A stretch of 63,970 nt of DNA, the filler included, from Welwitschia mirabilis (taxonomy: Eukaryota), in assembly GCA_051453625.1 (NCBI GenBank). It is 5 parts of one record of this genome, joined end to end, with 100 filler letters (N's around TTAATTAATTAA, not from the genome) between each part and the next. Parts side by side here need not be neighbours in the genome. Positions count along the whole stretch, not along the records: positions 1 to 24,718 come from JBOZIK010000001.1; 4 more parts are not named here. One strand, given 5' to 3'. The translations under genes and the position numbers were made by a program. Positions 1 to 12,654 of the stretch are shown here, piece after piece; the stretch's first letter is position 1; each line of letters opens with the position of its first letter. The notes under the pieces are model-generated. The model was given only the letters and a program-made list of their open reading frames with translations, was not told where the DNA came from and ran no database searches.

Positions 1-2879
1 TATTTTCTTTACTTATAATATAATTGTATGACTTCTGAATAAAGAATTATATTTTAATAACCATTTTTAAAATATACTTCTTTTATTTATATTTATTAAT
101 GAAGATTGTCATATGAGCATGAAAGAATGCTATTAAGATTAGCATAGCTCCAAGTATGAATTAATTTCTTTAAGAACATTATAAAGAGGTGATTTAATAC
201 ATTTTAAATTTTGTTGTTATTATTAAAAGAAAAAAAATCCTTTCTTTAAATTTTCATTACTAGATTACTAAATATAGAGATGTTTTAGTATGCTTATTTT
301 CTCTTTTATCATTGTTTCTATAAAATAAATGTAACGATGATTAGAATTATTATAACTAGGTAAATAATTTATTAAATATTGACATTAGTTGGAATTATAT
401 GTATTCATTTGTGTGATTTATTCATTGAATAGGACTAAATCAAGATAGTCTTAATAATAATCATTCTAATACTTATATTTCATTACCAAAGTGGATTGCA
501 TTGCCTTTTTTCTTCTATACTACCTTCTAGAAGTGGGTTTAGTTATCGCTCTCCTATCTTACCCATATATAAACTTACTCTGATTTAATATCTTAATCCC
601 TTAGCATCACGAGATCATGTTACATCATCTAGAGATGTTTTAAGGAAGTGGGGGTTATTTGTAAGCATGCCTCCATTTTATGTACCACTTGTCACTTCTA
701 TTTAGGGTATATTAAGATGANNNNNNNNNNNNNNNNNNNNNNNNNNNNNNNNNNNNNNNNNNNNNNNNNNNNNNNNNNNNNNNNNNNNNNNNNNNNNNNN
801 NNNNNNNNNNNNNNNNNNNNCATCCCTGGATCATGTTACATCATCTAGAAATGTTTTAAGGAAGTGGGGGTTATTTGTAAGCTTGCCTCCATTTTATGTA
901 CCACTTGTCACTTCTATTTAGGGTATATTAAGATGAAGTGTAAGCTTATGGAGTTAATCCCAATTATGTTTGTATAGTTTAAAACCTAAAGTATAATCAA
1001 CTAACATCCAAAGGTTAGCTAGATATCAAGTTGAAATTACATTAATAGGAGTTGCAATCTCCTATTATATTGGTTAACTATTATCCTTAAAATTATCCAT
1101 GTATTTTCATAACAAGTTTACATCCCCTCAACTATTAATAAGATATCTCTATATGTGATGAAAACTAAGAAGAAATAGAGGACACAAGCTTATGACATCA
1201 CTATTATTTGTAAATCAAAATACTTTAGAAATTACTTATAAGTAAATATATAATATTAGTATGATTTATTTTTTTAGGTATAAAAATACTAGTAAAGACA
1301 TAAGTAAAATTTGATCGTAGGTTCTACTATGTCTTTTAGTAATAATAGTAAAGAATGAAGGAGGAGAAAAGAAAATATGAAAAAAAATAGTGCTTAATTA
1401 GGGTAATAAAAGAGAGAATATGATAAATTGGCATAAAGCTCTAGGTTAAGTTAAATAATACCTATGTTAAGCACTTATAAATTTATAATAATATAAATCT
1501 AATTATATCTTTAATAAATTTTCTCCTTAATAATCTTAAATTTAGTTGTAACCATAATAACCTTAATTCCTAATAGCTATAAAGTTAATTTTATTGTCAA
1601 TAATTTTATACCATGAGTAAAATCAATTATATCCTTGATAATACTAAATTTCAAAATAACTCTAAGTCCTAGATAAGAATTAATTTAATTATATCTCGCA
1701 ATAGTCATGAATTTGACTATACCTATAATGTTTTTACTCCCTAAATATATATCAAGTCACATCCATATTAATCGTAGTAATTACAAAGGTTACACTAATA
1801 ATAATCCTAGCATCTTGATACCCTAGAAGTTGATTATATTTGGGATGATTTTAAAGTACTCATAAGTTAAACTATAACCCCAACTTCTAGATGATAATTA
1901 TGTTAATCATATTTATGATNNNNNNNNNNNNNNNNNNNNNNNNNNNNNNNNNNNNNNNNNNNNNNNNNNNNNNNNNNNNNNNNNNNNNNNNNNNNNNNNN
2001 NNNNNNNNNNNNNNNNNNNCATCCATATTAATCCTAGTAATTACAAAGGTTACACTAATAATAATCCTAGCATCTTAATACCCTAGAAGTTGATTATAAT
2101 TGGGATGGTTTCAAAGTACTTAACTATAACCCCAACTTCTAGATGATAATTATGTTAATCATATTTATGATAATCCTAAATTCCTAAATAAACTTGAAAG
2201 AATGATTAACTTAAGTGATTAAATACTCTACTACCTTATAGATATAGATAATAATCACCTAGGAAAATTATAATTATCTTAAGAATNNNNNNNNNNNNNN
2301 NNNNNNNNNNNNNNNNNNNNNNNNNNNNNNNNNNNNNNNNNNNNNNNNNNNNNNNNNNNNNNNNNNNNNNNNNNNNNNNNNNNNNNTGATGAACTTAAGT
2401 AATTAAATACTCTACTACCTTATAGATATAGATAATAATCACCTAGGAAAATTACAATTATCTTAAGAATTTAGGACAATGACATTATATGATTCCTTAA
2501 AGAGCTTAAGATTCTGCAAAAAAAAAATAAATACAAAAAATAATACCTTATAATTAGATTCCCTTGAAACTAATCAAATCTTTAACTAAGTTATTTATGT
2601 CAAACGATAAAGTCATATAACCTCAAAGTAAAACTCTATATTCATAATTTATAAACCTAGTAAATCTTATTTATTTAAAATAAACAAAAGTGGTTAAACT
2701 TGATTATATACTTTAAGTCATAGATTAGGGCTAATCACCTCATAATAATAACCATGTCTTTTCTAAAATCACAAAAATATTTCTAAGTTTAACCCTTAAT
2801 AATATTTATCTTACTTTAAAATGTAATTTTATAAAAATTTCCACTTCTTTCAAATTCTTTATTGTCATCAGTTAAATCT

Positions 2880-5340
2880 TGGGGCTAAGTTTATTGCATC
2901 ACATAATCTAAATAAAAAGAAGTTACAAGAGAGTTAGCAATCTAATGATGAAGATCAAGTTTCATTTAACCTTAAACGAAAGGAATTAATAAATACATTC
3001 ATGTAGTTCCTATTACAAACAGTAAATCAAGATTAAAATCCATAAGTAAATAATGGTATCAATCNNNNNNNNNNNNNNNNNNNNNNNNNNNNNNNNNNNN
3101 NNNNNNNNNNNNNNNNNNNNNNNNNNNNNNNNNNNNNNNNNNNNNNNNNNNNNNNNNNNNNNNNNNNNNGTGATGTTAAAAAGGTTATATGTACCATAGG
3201 ATGTGATGAATATGAAAAGGATTCTTTAGCTATTTATATGTTATAATAAGAAGATAAACTAGAGTAAAAAATAAAAATGATTAAGTTGGAAGATCTGGAA
3301 CTTTAATGGAGGAAATTTAAACACATCTTTAAGAAGAGGTACATCACCAAGTTCTATATTGACTAGAAGGTTATAAGATTTTATAATCTAGGACAAGCCC
3401 ATAATGTAAACATGGCATCTCATAAGTGCAAATTTATAGAATTATTAAGATATGTATCTAGATAAAGAAGCTAAAGCAAATCTCTTTATTGATAGTCTTC
3501 TTATTTCTATTGCTACCAAAATATTCATGTTTCAATATAAGAGTCTAGAAAAAGTTATAAGAAAGATAAAAGATAACAAAACAAAACTGGCAGAGATAAT
3601 AAAAAATTAAGAAAATAATTTCTCCCCAGGGCATGTCCTTAAGGGGGTTTAATCATAAATGTCTTATCAAAATAAGAATTGGAACTTTAGCAAAAATAGT
3701 ATTAGTAGTAGTATGAGAAGAAAGAGGAATTTTAATTAATCTAAGCAAACTCTATTTAAAATACATTAGAATGTGTCTAGTTAAAGCTATGCAAGTAATC
3801 AACCTTAGAGATCTAACTTCCAGTAACTTGCTAGCTATAATGAGTACCAAAACAAGTATAATGAATATTAATGATGTAACTATAAATGAAATCATAACAT
3901 AATAGAATGTCTATTACATAACAAAGATCTTTCCAAATAATAAACAAAAAATCATCAAAAAAAAAAAATTCCTCAATCAATAAGACAACTTCAAGTAGTA
4001 GTAGATAATCAAGGGGTGCAATTTCAGATCTCTATCATAGAAGGTAAGCCTTTACTTAATAATAAATAAGTAATTCTTATTACGGAGTAACACATTGCTT
4101 CATATCTCCTATGATTATTACAATTATGTTGTGCTCTAATTGATGAATGCATAAAGGTAGCAAATAGATCAATGTTTAAAGTTAATTAACAAGTCTAAAA
4201 CTATACTTTATCTATAAGTGGGGGAGATTTTTAAATATAAATAATTGTTATTAAATTATAAAAATGTGATATTATTTTGGGTATGAATTAATTAATGTAA
4301 AATAGAGTAGTTATAAATTGTAAAAAGCATTAAGTAGAAATGATGAATCATGGTCAAAGACTAAACTTTCATGGTCATTGCAAATTAATAATGGAGAATT
4401 TAATCAACATAAATCATATAAAAATGAAATTAAGAGAGGACCACAATTTAAATGTTATATCTAAAATAAAGTAGCTTGAAGAAAGGAGGAACTTTAGTAA
4501 AAAATATACTAATAGTTCAATAATATCTAGATGTATTTATAATAGAATTACAAGGAATTTTACCACTTTGGGAAGTTGAGCTTTTCATTAAATTCGTCCT
4601 ATGAACTCAACCAATTTTTAAGGAAATATATAGAATGTCTCTTATAAAAATGAAAAAAAATTAAAAATTCAACTTAAATAATTTTATAAAAAGTCTTTAT
4701 TGATCCTAGTATATCATCATGGGTAGCATCTATATTATTTATAAAGAAGAAAGATGGAACACTAAGATTGTGCATTAATTATAGATGACTAAATAAGATT
4801 ACTATCAAGAACAAGTATTTGCTACTAAAAACAGATGACTTTTTGATTAGCTCAAGGATGCTAAGGTGTTCTCAAAAGTTGATCCAAAATATGGATATTA
4901 TCAAGTTTAAATTAAGGAAGAATATATTTATAAAACAACATTTAGAACCTACTATGATCATTATGAGTTCACTGTTATGCCTTTTAGTTTAATTGATTCC
5001 CCTATAGTATTTATGAGTGTTTAGAATTACATCTTTTAATAAATCTTTATTTCTTTGTAATAATATTTGTTGATGATATTCTCATTTATTTAAAGTCTTA
5101 CGAAAAGCATAAGAAACACTCAAAAATAGTGTCACAAATGTTATGAAATCATTGATTATATGCTAATATGAAAAAATGATCTTTTTGAAAGGAATCCATT
5201 GAATTTCAAAGTCATGTAATATCTAAGAAAGGTATATCAATGTATTAAGATAAATCTAGAGAAATCATGAAATGGTCAATACTTATAAATCTTACTGGGG
5301 TTAGTATATTTTTTAGTCTTATTGGATACTATTATTGATT
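2880..5340 (+). mobile_element. Degenerate Ty3/gypsy (Tekay/Del-like) gag-protease-reverse transcriptase remnant
   Basis: Decayed translation: gag KFKHIFKKRYITKFYID*K..FYNL and KFIELLRYV (3310-3460); protease G(V)THCFISP (~4085) and CDIILGMN*L (~4265); [67 protein letters not shown] (4700-5090). Many stops and frameshifts; ends approximate. Confidence 0.9.
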
Positions 5341-5579
5341 CATCTTCAACAAAATTATTGGATATTTTTTAAAAATTATTAGTCTTATTGGATACTAGTA
5401 TGGCTTGGGACATAGTAGAGTTACAACTAGAACTTCAACCTCCTTGATTAAAAAATAGAATTATAAGTTAAGGTATAAACATTTAGCATTTACAAATAAT
5501 ATCATTTTCTATTATTATCATAATAGGCTTTATTATTAATATAGATGTTTGATGAAATTCAAAAATAAGTATTATACTA

Positions 5580-7450
5580 ATAGTACCAAAAGACATAATA
5601 GAATGATATATCATTTGGTGTAGGATAGATCAAGAAAGGTATGGTTACCAATAGCCAAATTAACACTTTAGCATAAATTCCTCTTGGAGCCATAAAGAAG
5701 AATATCTAGTATGTTGATAATCGATGTTTAAGGCACATGATGGGGAAACATATAGTTTACTTCTTTAATAAAATAAGATAAAGGAGTTGCAATCTTTAGA
5801 GATAATATGGAAGCATCAATCAAAGATATTAGTACTATCAAAGGAGAAATTCAACTAAAGGTAAATGATGGTTTCTTTATAGAAGGTTTGTAATATTTTA
5901 TTAAAGTGTAAATACACTTTGTGATGAAATGTTTTTGTTACATTTACAAAATATGAAATGTTTTTTCTTGGTATAAGGAGGGAAAAGGTATATTTTACTA
6001 CTTTATTAGAAACTTTTAAAAATAAAACCAAGTGTTTACTAAGAAAAATAAGAGAATCAAAACTTGGCACAAAAAGCTTGATCATGAAAAAAAGAACTTA
6101 ATCAAAAGGAAAATGGTAAGAGGGCCTTCTAAGTTGAAAGGCATTCAAATCTATGAATCATATAAAAAGGACTTAATATAGTACAAAAGGTACAACAGAG
6201 ACATCACAATACAATATGTTGATGATCTACTTGCAAATGTATTCTTAAAATAATTTAGTACTTAAAGGATTACAAGGTTGTGTAAGAACCTCAAGATTGG
6301 GCCTTGTCCAATCAAATAAGTTAATAGGTAATATCATTTAAATTCTTAACTCCACATTGTATGTATTTGATGAGTTACGATTATGATTATATGTAGTAGT
6401 AAAAGTTAAATCATGAACTTTTTATTTACGTTTTTGAAGTATTATTATTATGTTTATAGGAGTTATAGATCTTTTCAAAAAATATGAAAATTTCATAATA
6501 AACATTTTCAGTTTTGTAGATGTCTATATGTGTGACATCTTAAGATTTGTAAACATCTTAAAAGCAATTATCTTGAGTTTTGTAGATGTCTTCAGAGGAT
6601 AGGTATGCTATTTAGTTTTTTGGAAGTAGACATCTTCAATTTTCTAAACATCTTGATAATAAGAAAATGTATTAAAACTTTATAAATGAAAGACATCTTT
6701 GAGCTTTTATACATGTATTTTTTTGTGTTTTAGAATCTTTTATATTATAAAAATCTTGACTATACTATTTTGAAAATTAAAATGCATTAAAAACCTTAGG
6801 TTTTAACACTTTTTATTTGGAAAAGGGGCCATTAAATATCATTTTTAAATCTCCACTTGATAGGCATCTCTCTCAAAAGAGTTTTTACACTTGACTTTCT
6901 CATATTTCCCTACCAAGAAATCTTGGATTTATGAGACATCTCCATAGCAAGTAAAAACAAGATTTCTCATTACATAAGTGAACAATTTTCATTGTTTCTT
7001 GGATTTCGATTAATTTTTTTTATTAATCTTTTCATATATCTTGTAGAAATGGTTAGAAGAAAGTTACTTGATACTTCTAGAGACAAAGAAAAATCTTTAG
7101 AGCAGTAAAGAGCACAATATAAGCCTTAGCTCTACAATAAGGTAGCAGTTAAAATATATAAAACTTGTTCTAGAAAATCTGTTATTATAGAAAAAACTCT
7201 TGGTTTTCAGAAATAGTGTAGAGATAATCTTGTTGCTTATTTTACATGTTCTAGATGAAAAATAATCATACAACTAGACTAGAGTATTTCAGATCCTATT
7301 ATAAGAGAGTTTTATGCCAAAATATGCAAAATATATAATAGCACAAGTACCTTTCAAGCTTAAGTTAGAAGTACTTCTTTGCATATTATTCTTAGTCTTA
7401 TAATTTCATTTCTTGGTATAGATGATTCAGATGTTCCTCAAATTTATGCA
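5580..7450 (+). mobile_element. Internally deleted SIRE-like Ty1/copia remnant (protease, GAG-pre-integrase, RNase H tail, spacer repeats, env-like ORF)
   Basis: I*YVDNRCLRHMMG (~5704-5745, equivalent to WYLDSGCSRHMTG); FRDN; WHKKLDH (~6065); MVRGPSKL; then immediately DITIQYVDDLLANVFLK (RNase H end, ~6200-6250); repeated agatgtct/agacatct motifs 6515-6715; env-like ORF from 7049. Confidence 0.7.
7049..7450 (+). pseudogene. env-like / plant transposon protein (Transposase_32-like) ORF remnant of the SIRE-like element
   Basis: ATG at 7049 is in frame with PIIREFYAKI (REFYA motif at 7304) followed by FQA*VRSTSLHII..LII.FLGI; internal stops. Confidence 0.6.
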
Positions 7451-7465
7451 TATTCATTTAAAAAA

Positions 7466-7725
7466 TACTATTACAAATATAGTCTTTTATGTTTTTTTGA
7501 AAATGCCTTATAAGGCTTTAAAAAAAATACCTTTTATGCTTCTTCAGAAAATACCTTAAAAAACCTTACCTTAAAAGACTACAAGTTTTCAAGTCATTTC
7601 TAAGAAATTTAAATAAAAACGCCTTAAAATTTTTTTTATTAAAATTCTTTAAAAGATATTTTAAGGTATTTTTAAAAGAAATTCCTTAAAGAAACACCTT
7701 GAAATAAATTTTAAGATGTTTTAAT
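7466..7725 (+). mobile_element. Decayed CACTA (En/Spm) terminal/subterminal region
   Basis: tactattacaaatatagtctttta resembles the CACTACAAGAAATATAGGCTTTTA end at 11231; followed by aatgcctta(aa)/tttaaggtattt repeats in both orientations. Confidence 0.55.
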
Positions 7726-7855
7726 AGAGTAGCAAAAATGTTAGCACTTGTTATGATACATACTAATCATGTGAAGCCTTATCATTCATGTTTAATGTCT
7801 AGTACATTTACATTACAAACTAAAAAGAGATACCAAAATAGATCTATCTTCTTCT

Positions 7856-7859
<4 letters not shown>

Positions 7860-7928
<69 letters not shown>

Positions 7929-8681
7929 NNNNNNNNNNNNNNNNNNNNNNNNNNNNNNNNNNNNNNNNNNNNNNNNNNNNNNNNNNNNNNNNNNNNNNNN
8001 NNNNNNNNNNNNNNNNNNNNNNNNNNNNNNNNNNNNNNNNNNNNNNNNNNNNNNNNNNNNNNNNNNNNNNNNNNNNNNNNNNNNNNNNNNNNNNNNNNNN
8101 NNNNNNNNNNNNNNNNNNNNNNNNNNNNNNNNNNNNNNNNNNNNNNNNNNNNNNNNNNNNNNNNNNNNNNNNNNNNNNNNNNNNNNNNNNNNNNNNNNNN
8201 NNNNNNNNNNNNNNNNNNNNNNNNNNNNNNNNNNNNNNNNNNNNNNNNNNNNNNNNNNNNNNNNNNNNNNNNNNNNNNNNNNNNNNNNNNNNNNNNNNNN
8301 NNNNNNNNNNNNNNNNNNNNNNNNNNNNNNNNNNNNNNNNNNNNNNNNNNNNNNNNNNNNNNNNNNNNNNNNNNNNNNNNNNNNNNNNNNNNNNNNNNNN
8401 NNNNNNNNNNNNNNNNNNNNNNNNNNNNNNNNNNNNNNNNNNNNNNNNNNNNNNNNNNNNNNNNNNNNNNNNNNNNNNNNNNNNNNNNNNNNNNNNNNNN
8501 NNNNNNNNNNNNNNNNNNNNNNNNNNNNNNNNNNNNNNNNNNNNNNNNNNNNNNNNNNNNNNNNNNNNNNNNNNNNNNNNNNNNNNNNNNNNNNNNNNNN
8601 NNNNNNNNNNNNNNNNNNNNNNNNNNNNNNNNNNNNNNNNNNNNNNNNNNNNNNNNNNNNNNNNNNNNNNNNNNNNNNNNN

Positions 8682-8735
<54 letters not shown>
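7860..8735. repeat. (GT)n microsatellite spanning an assembly gap
   Basis: Perfect GT runs on both sides of about 750 N. Confidence 0.98.
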
Positions 8736-8740
<5 letters not shown>

Positions 8741-9636
8741 TGGGTTTTAGAACTATATATACATAAGAAGGTAAGGGCTTCCAAATAAGACAATCAGGAG
8801 ATAGGGTATATTACATTTTAATAGAGCATGCATATAGAATAGAAAGTAAAAAAGGGAAATAATGGAAAGAAAACATAGGCATAGCATAGATTGTGATACA
8901 AGGAGAATAACATGATAGAGGCAAGAGTATGGAAAAGAAGTTACATCAACACAAAACCAATGAACATCATGACATAGATATTAGAAAAAGAGATTCATTT
9001 TAGTAATATTATAGGAGATGACACTCATTGAACGAATTATACTACTAATCACATCCATAATAGGAGATCTATTATTTACAAAATTTTATTAAAATCAAAA
9101 TACAATCTATGAAATAGTGGAGGAGTTAATGAGTCTAAACAACAAACTTTGTAGTAAAGAGAGAGAATGTGCCAAATTCATCATCAAAACATTTGAATGT
9201 AATTTCTAGTCTAAAGGGAGGAGATTAGGTTAAATACTAATTTGTTCATTATTCACAATTCCATTTCATTTGTTATTTATTCTAAGTGAAATATTTTTTT
9301 TTAAAAGATCCATTATCAAACCTATAAAAAAAGTACCTAAAACATATGGTAGTTAACTAGTAATTTGTCCTTAAATAAATACAAAAAAATATTAATGAGG
9401 ATAATTAATACCAAGTATAAATCATTAGGTTTGGATCATTCTTCACATATTTAGATAAATCATTTTCTTTTTAAAAATGAAATTTCAAAAGAAAATTTTC
9501 TTACCATCTTATTTTATTTATTTATTTTTTTAAAAAAGCTAAAAATGTAAAAATATATTAAACTTTAAATTTGAAATCTTTTGAAAGATAAATAATTAGT
9601 ATATATGTGCATATCCTTTTAAAAAAAACTCAATAA

Positions 9637-10130
9637 GAGGATTTTTTAACCCTTATAAATAGTATGTAAAGCTACTTGAAAAAGGCAGGAGTGAATGGAG
9701 TAAAAATCAAAATAAAGAAGATTCTTTATAGCCATTATTTAGATGATAACATCATTGCTATTAAGTTAACATGGGCATAGAAGCAAGTTATTTCACAAGG
9801 GGATTATACATCATGTCAAACGAATTGGAATTAAGAAGTAGTTGGGTTTTGGAAAAACTTCAAAGTTTACTCTATTCATACAGTCTATTAAAAAAAGAAG
9901 AATTGTTTTTCGATGAAAATAAAAATGGGAAGATCAAATGATATATAGCTCAGAATACCCCTGCAAGAGTGGTAAAGAACAATCTTATGTGAGAACTTAT
10001 AGAAGGTATATACTTGGTATGGAACATGAGTTAATCAGTTCCTATCCAGTAAGGCCAAATGCATTTTAGTTACTCTAGTAATGGCATGCAGTACTAGATC
10101 CTCCCTAAATAGGTATTAGAAATTGAATAA
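9637..10130 (+). mobile_element. L1-like LINE ORF2 (RT C-terminal) fragment, near-identical copy of 14153-14648
   Basis: Direct alignment with 14153-14648; SHYLDDNII (FADD-like region) and FLSSKAKCILVTLVMA; ends at a gap. Confidence 0.7.
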
Positions 10131-10230
10131 NNNNNNNNNNNNNNNNNNNNNNNNNNNNNNNNNNNNNNNNNNNNNNNNNNNNNNNNNNNNNNNNNNNNNN
10201 NNNNNNNNNNNNNNNNNNNNNNNNNNNNNN

Positions 10231-11230
10231 GATTTAATTAAATACTTTGGATTAAAAAATGCAAAAACAACTAACACTCCCATGTTTACATCATGTAAAG
10301 TGAGTTTGAATGAAAATGACAAATTAGTAGACTAATGAATTAACAGAAGTATGATTGGTAGTCTATTATATTTGACTACAAGTAGACTGAATATCATGTT
10401 TAGTATTATAGTATGTGCAAGATATTAGTTTCAACCAAAAGAATCACATGTTTAAGCAGTAAAAAGAATAATTAGGTNNNNNNNNNNAAAAGGCACATGT
10501 GATTATAGCTTATGGTATCCCATCGAGACATCTTTTGAACTTGCATGCTTTAGTGATGTGGATTTGGCTGGATGTAAAGATGATAAAAAAAGCACAAGTG
10601 GGAATTGCTTTCTTCTAGGTTCATGTTTAGTTGGATGAGCAAACAAAAAATAAAATTCTATTTCTCTCTCTATTGCAGAAGTCGAATATATTATAACAGG
10701 TAGCTATTACATCATCTTTTATGGATTAAAGAAATTTTAAGAGATTTTGGTGTTAATTTTGAGCAAGTTCCTATTTTTTATGATAATACAAGTGCTATTA
10801 ATATATTAAAAAATCCAGTTCAGTACTCAAGAACGAAGCATATTAAGCTAAGACATCATTTCCTATGATACCAAGTTGAAAAAGGACATATATCTATGAA
10901 TTTTATAACTTTAGACCAGTAGTTGGCAGATATTTTTGCTAAACCCCTAAATTTTGATACTTTTCTTCATCTGAGAAATGAACTGGCATTTCTATCGCCA
11001 TCCTATAGCTGATTACAGGATGGTCAATCGGATCATTGATTTGGTCGACTGGATGAGGTTAGTCGACCAGTCTACTTAGATACCCTAGGTTCTGTAGCTA
11101 TCCCAGTAAAAGTACAAAATAGAAATTTGTTATCTAATTTTGTTTTATCGATAAACGTTTCTTCTCTCCTTTGTCATTGATATCAAAAGGGGGAGGATTA
11201 GTTATTTTTTTGTTGAATGTTTGTAATGTC
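10231..11230 (+). mobile_element. SIRE-like Ty1/copia RT C-terminus and RNase H remnant with 3' region
   Basis: RSMIGSLLYLTTSRLNIMFS..CARY*FQPKESHV*AVKRIIR; FSDVDLAGCKDDKKSTSG; DNTSAINILKNPVQYSRTKHIKLRHHFL; LADIFAKPL; stop ~11008; PPT-like tatcaaaagggggagga at ~11181-11197. Confidence 0.93.
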
Positions 11231-11585
11231 CACTACAAGAAATATAGGCTTTTAAGGCCTTTCTAAAACACCTTAAAAAGCAATAAAAAATGCCTTAAAG
11301 GATTTTAAGGCATTTTTCCAGAAAATGCTTTAAAAAAGGATTGCCTTTAAGGTGTTTCTAAGGCGTTTGAGGTATTTTTTTTCAAATAAACACCTTAAGG
11401 AATTTTTTTTAAGATGCACCTCAAAAGGCTTTTGAGGTGTTTTTTTTTTAAATGAATACCTTAAAATGTATTTTGAGGCATTTCTCTAAATAAATGCCTT
11501 AAAATATCTTTTAAGATATTTCTTTAAATAAATGCCTTAAAATCCTTCTAAGGAGTTTTATGAAAGAAATGTCTCAAAAGGTTCA
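11231..11585 (+). mobile_element. CACTA (En/Spm) transposon end: TIR plus subterminal repeats
   Basis: CACTACAAGAAA at 11231 followed by many copies of aaatgccttaaa / ttttaaggcattt in both orientations; inserted into the 3' region of the SIRE element; no matching opposite TIR seen in the window. Confidence 0.85.
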
Positions 11586-12654
11586 CTACTATTAAAAAAA
11601 AATACATGATTAATAATCATGATTAATAATAATAAGTGTCTACTGGTCACACAACTAGTGACCTCCATAGAAATATAGAATTTCTCTAACTACCTCTAAA
11701 GGCTTCATAAATTTCATTTAGGCTTATTTTGTTACATCTTATGTTTAATAACTTTAATGACCTAGCTAGTGGAACTCTAAGTAAGAATAAGCTAGTGCTA
11801 AATAAATACTACACATCCATGCATAAAAAATAAACTCAAATAAATAATAATCCTTCAGACAAGATAAGTGTAATAAACTTAGTATGAATCTATGAAACCA
11901 ATCATACTAGTTATGTTTCTAACTAATTAACCACATAGTAGGTAATGATAAACATGAGATAGCAAGAAAGAAAGTTATTACCTTTTTGTGTATGACCTAT
12001 ATAGTATGATGGACCAATATTCCTCTCTAATGATATTATTTCCTTAGCTTTGTGAATATCTGATTTTGTTCTCTATGAAAAATTGTCACTCTTATGTTCA
12101 TTGTCTGGTGGTGCATATTTTGTAGAATTTACTAATATAAGATTGGGGGTTAAGTCATCTACCAAAAAGCATTAGAACATTAATATCTAAATACAATCTC
12201 AACTCCACTTCCTATGGTGATCATAGAACATACCCCTAGTATCTTCACACATACAATATCAGATGTATACATTTGACACAAAGATTTGCATCTTGAAACA
12301 CAACAATGATAATAACAGTTAACATAAACAAAAATCTATTATGATATCAGAACATTAAATATAATTAATTATTGCAATTAACAAAGATAACAATTTTTCA
12401 ATGACACCTATAAGATGCTTATTTATAATAACTAATTAAATAGATCGATTATTGTACCTTGTGGTAATGTGTAAGTAGACAGCAAAAAAATCACTAACAA
12501 CCAAAAACTTCAATAAGGTAATACATGTTATATGTTAAAGCTAACATCTAGTGGGTAAATTTTAGAACTTTAACAATAATCACAATAAAATTTTCATAAG
12601 AAACCATAATTTGAATTATGATATAAAAATAAAAATGAGAAATGATTCTAAAAT

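Noticed and set aside
7738-8793. Long ORFs of 295-342 aa
   Set aside because: Composed of (GT)n translation and N gap. The same applies to the X-filled ORFs at 648, 26946, 34362, 42537-43115 and 49323-49630.
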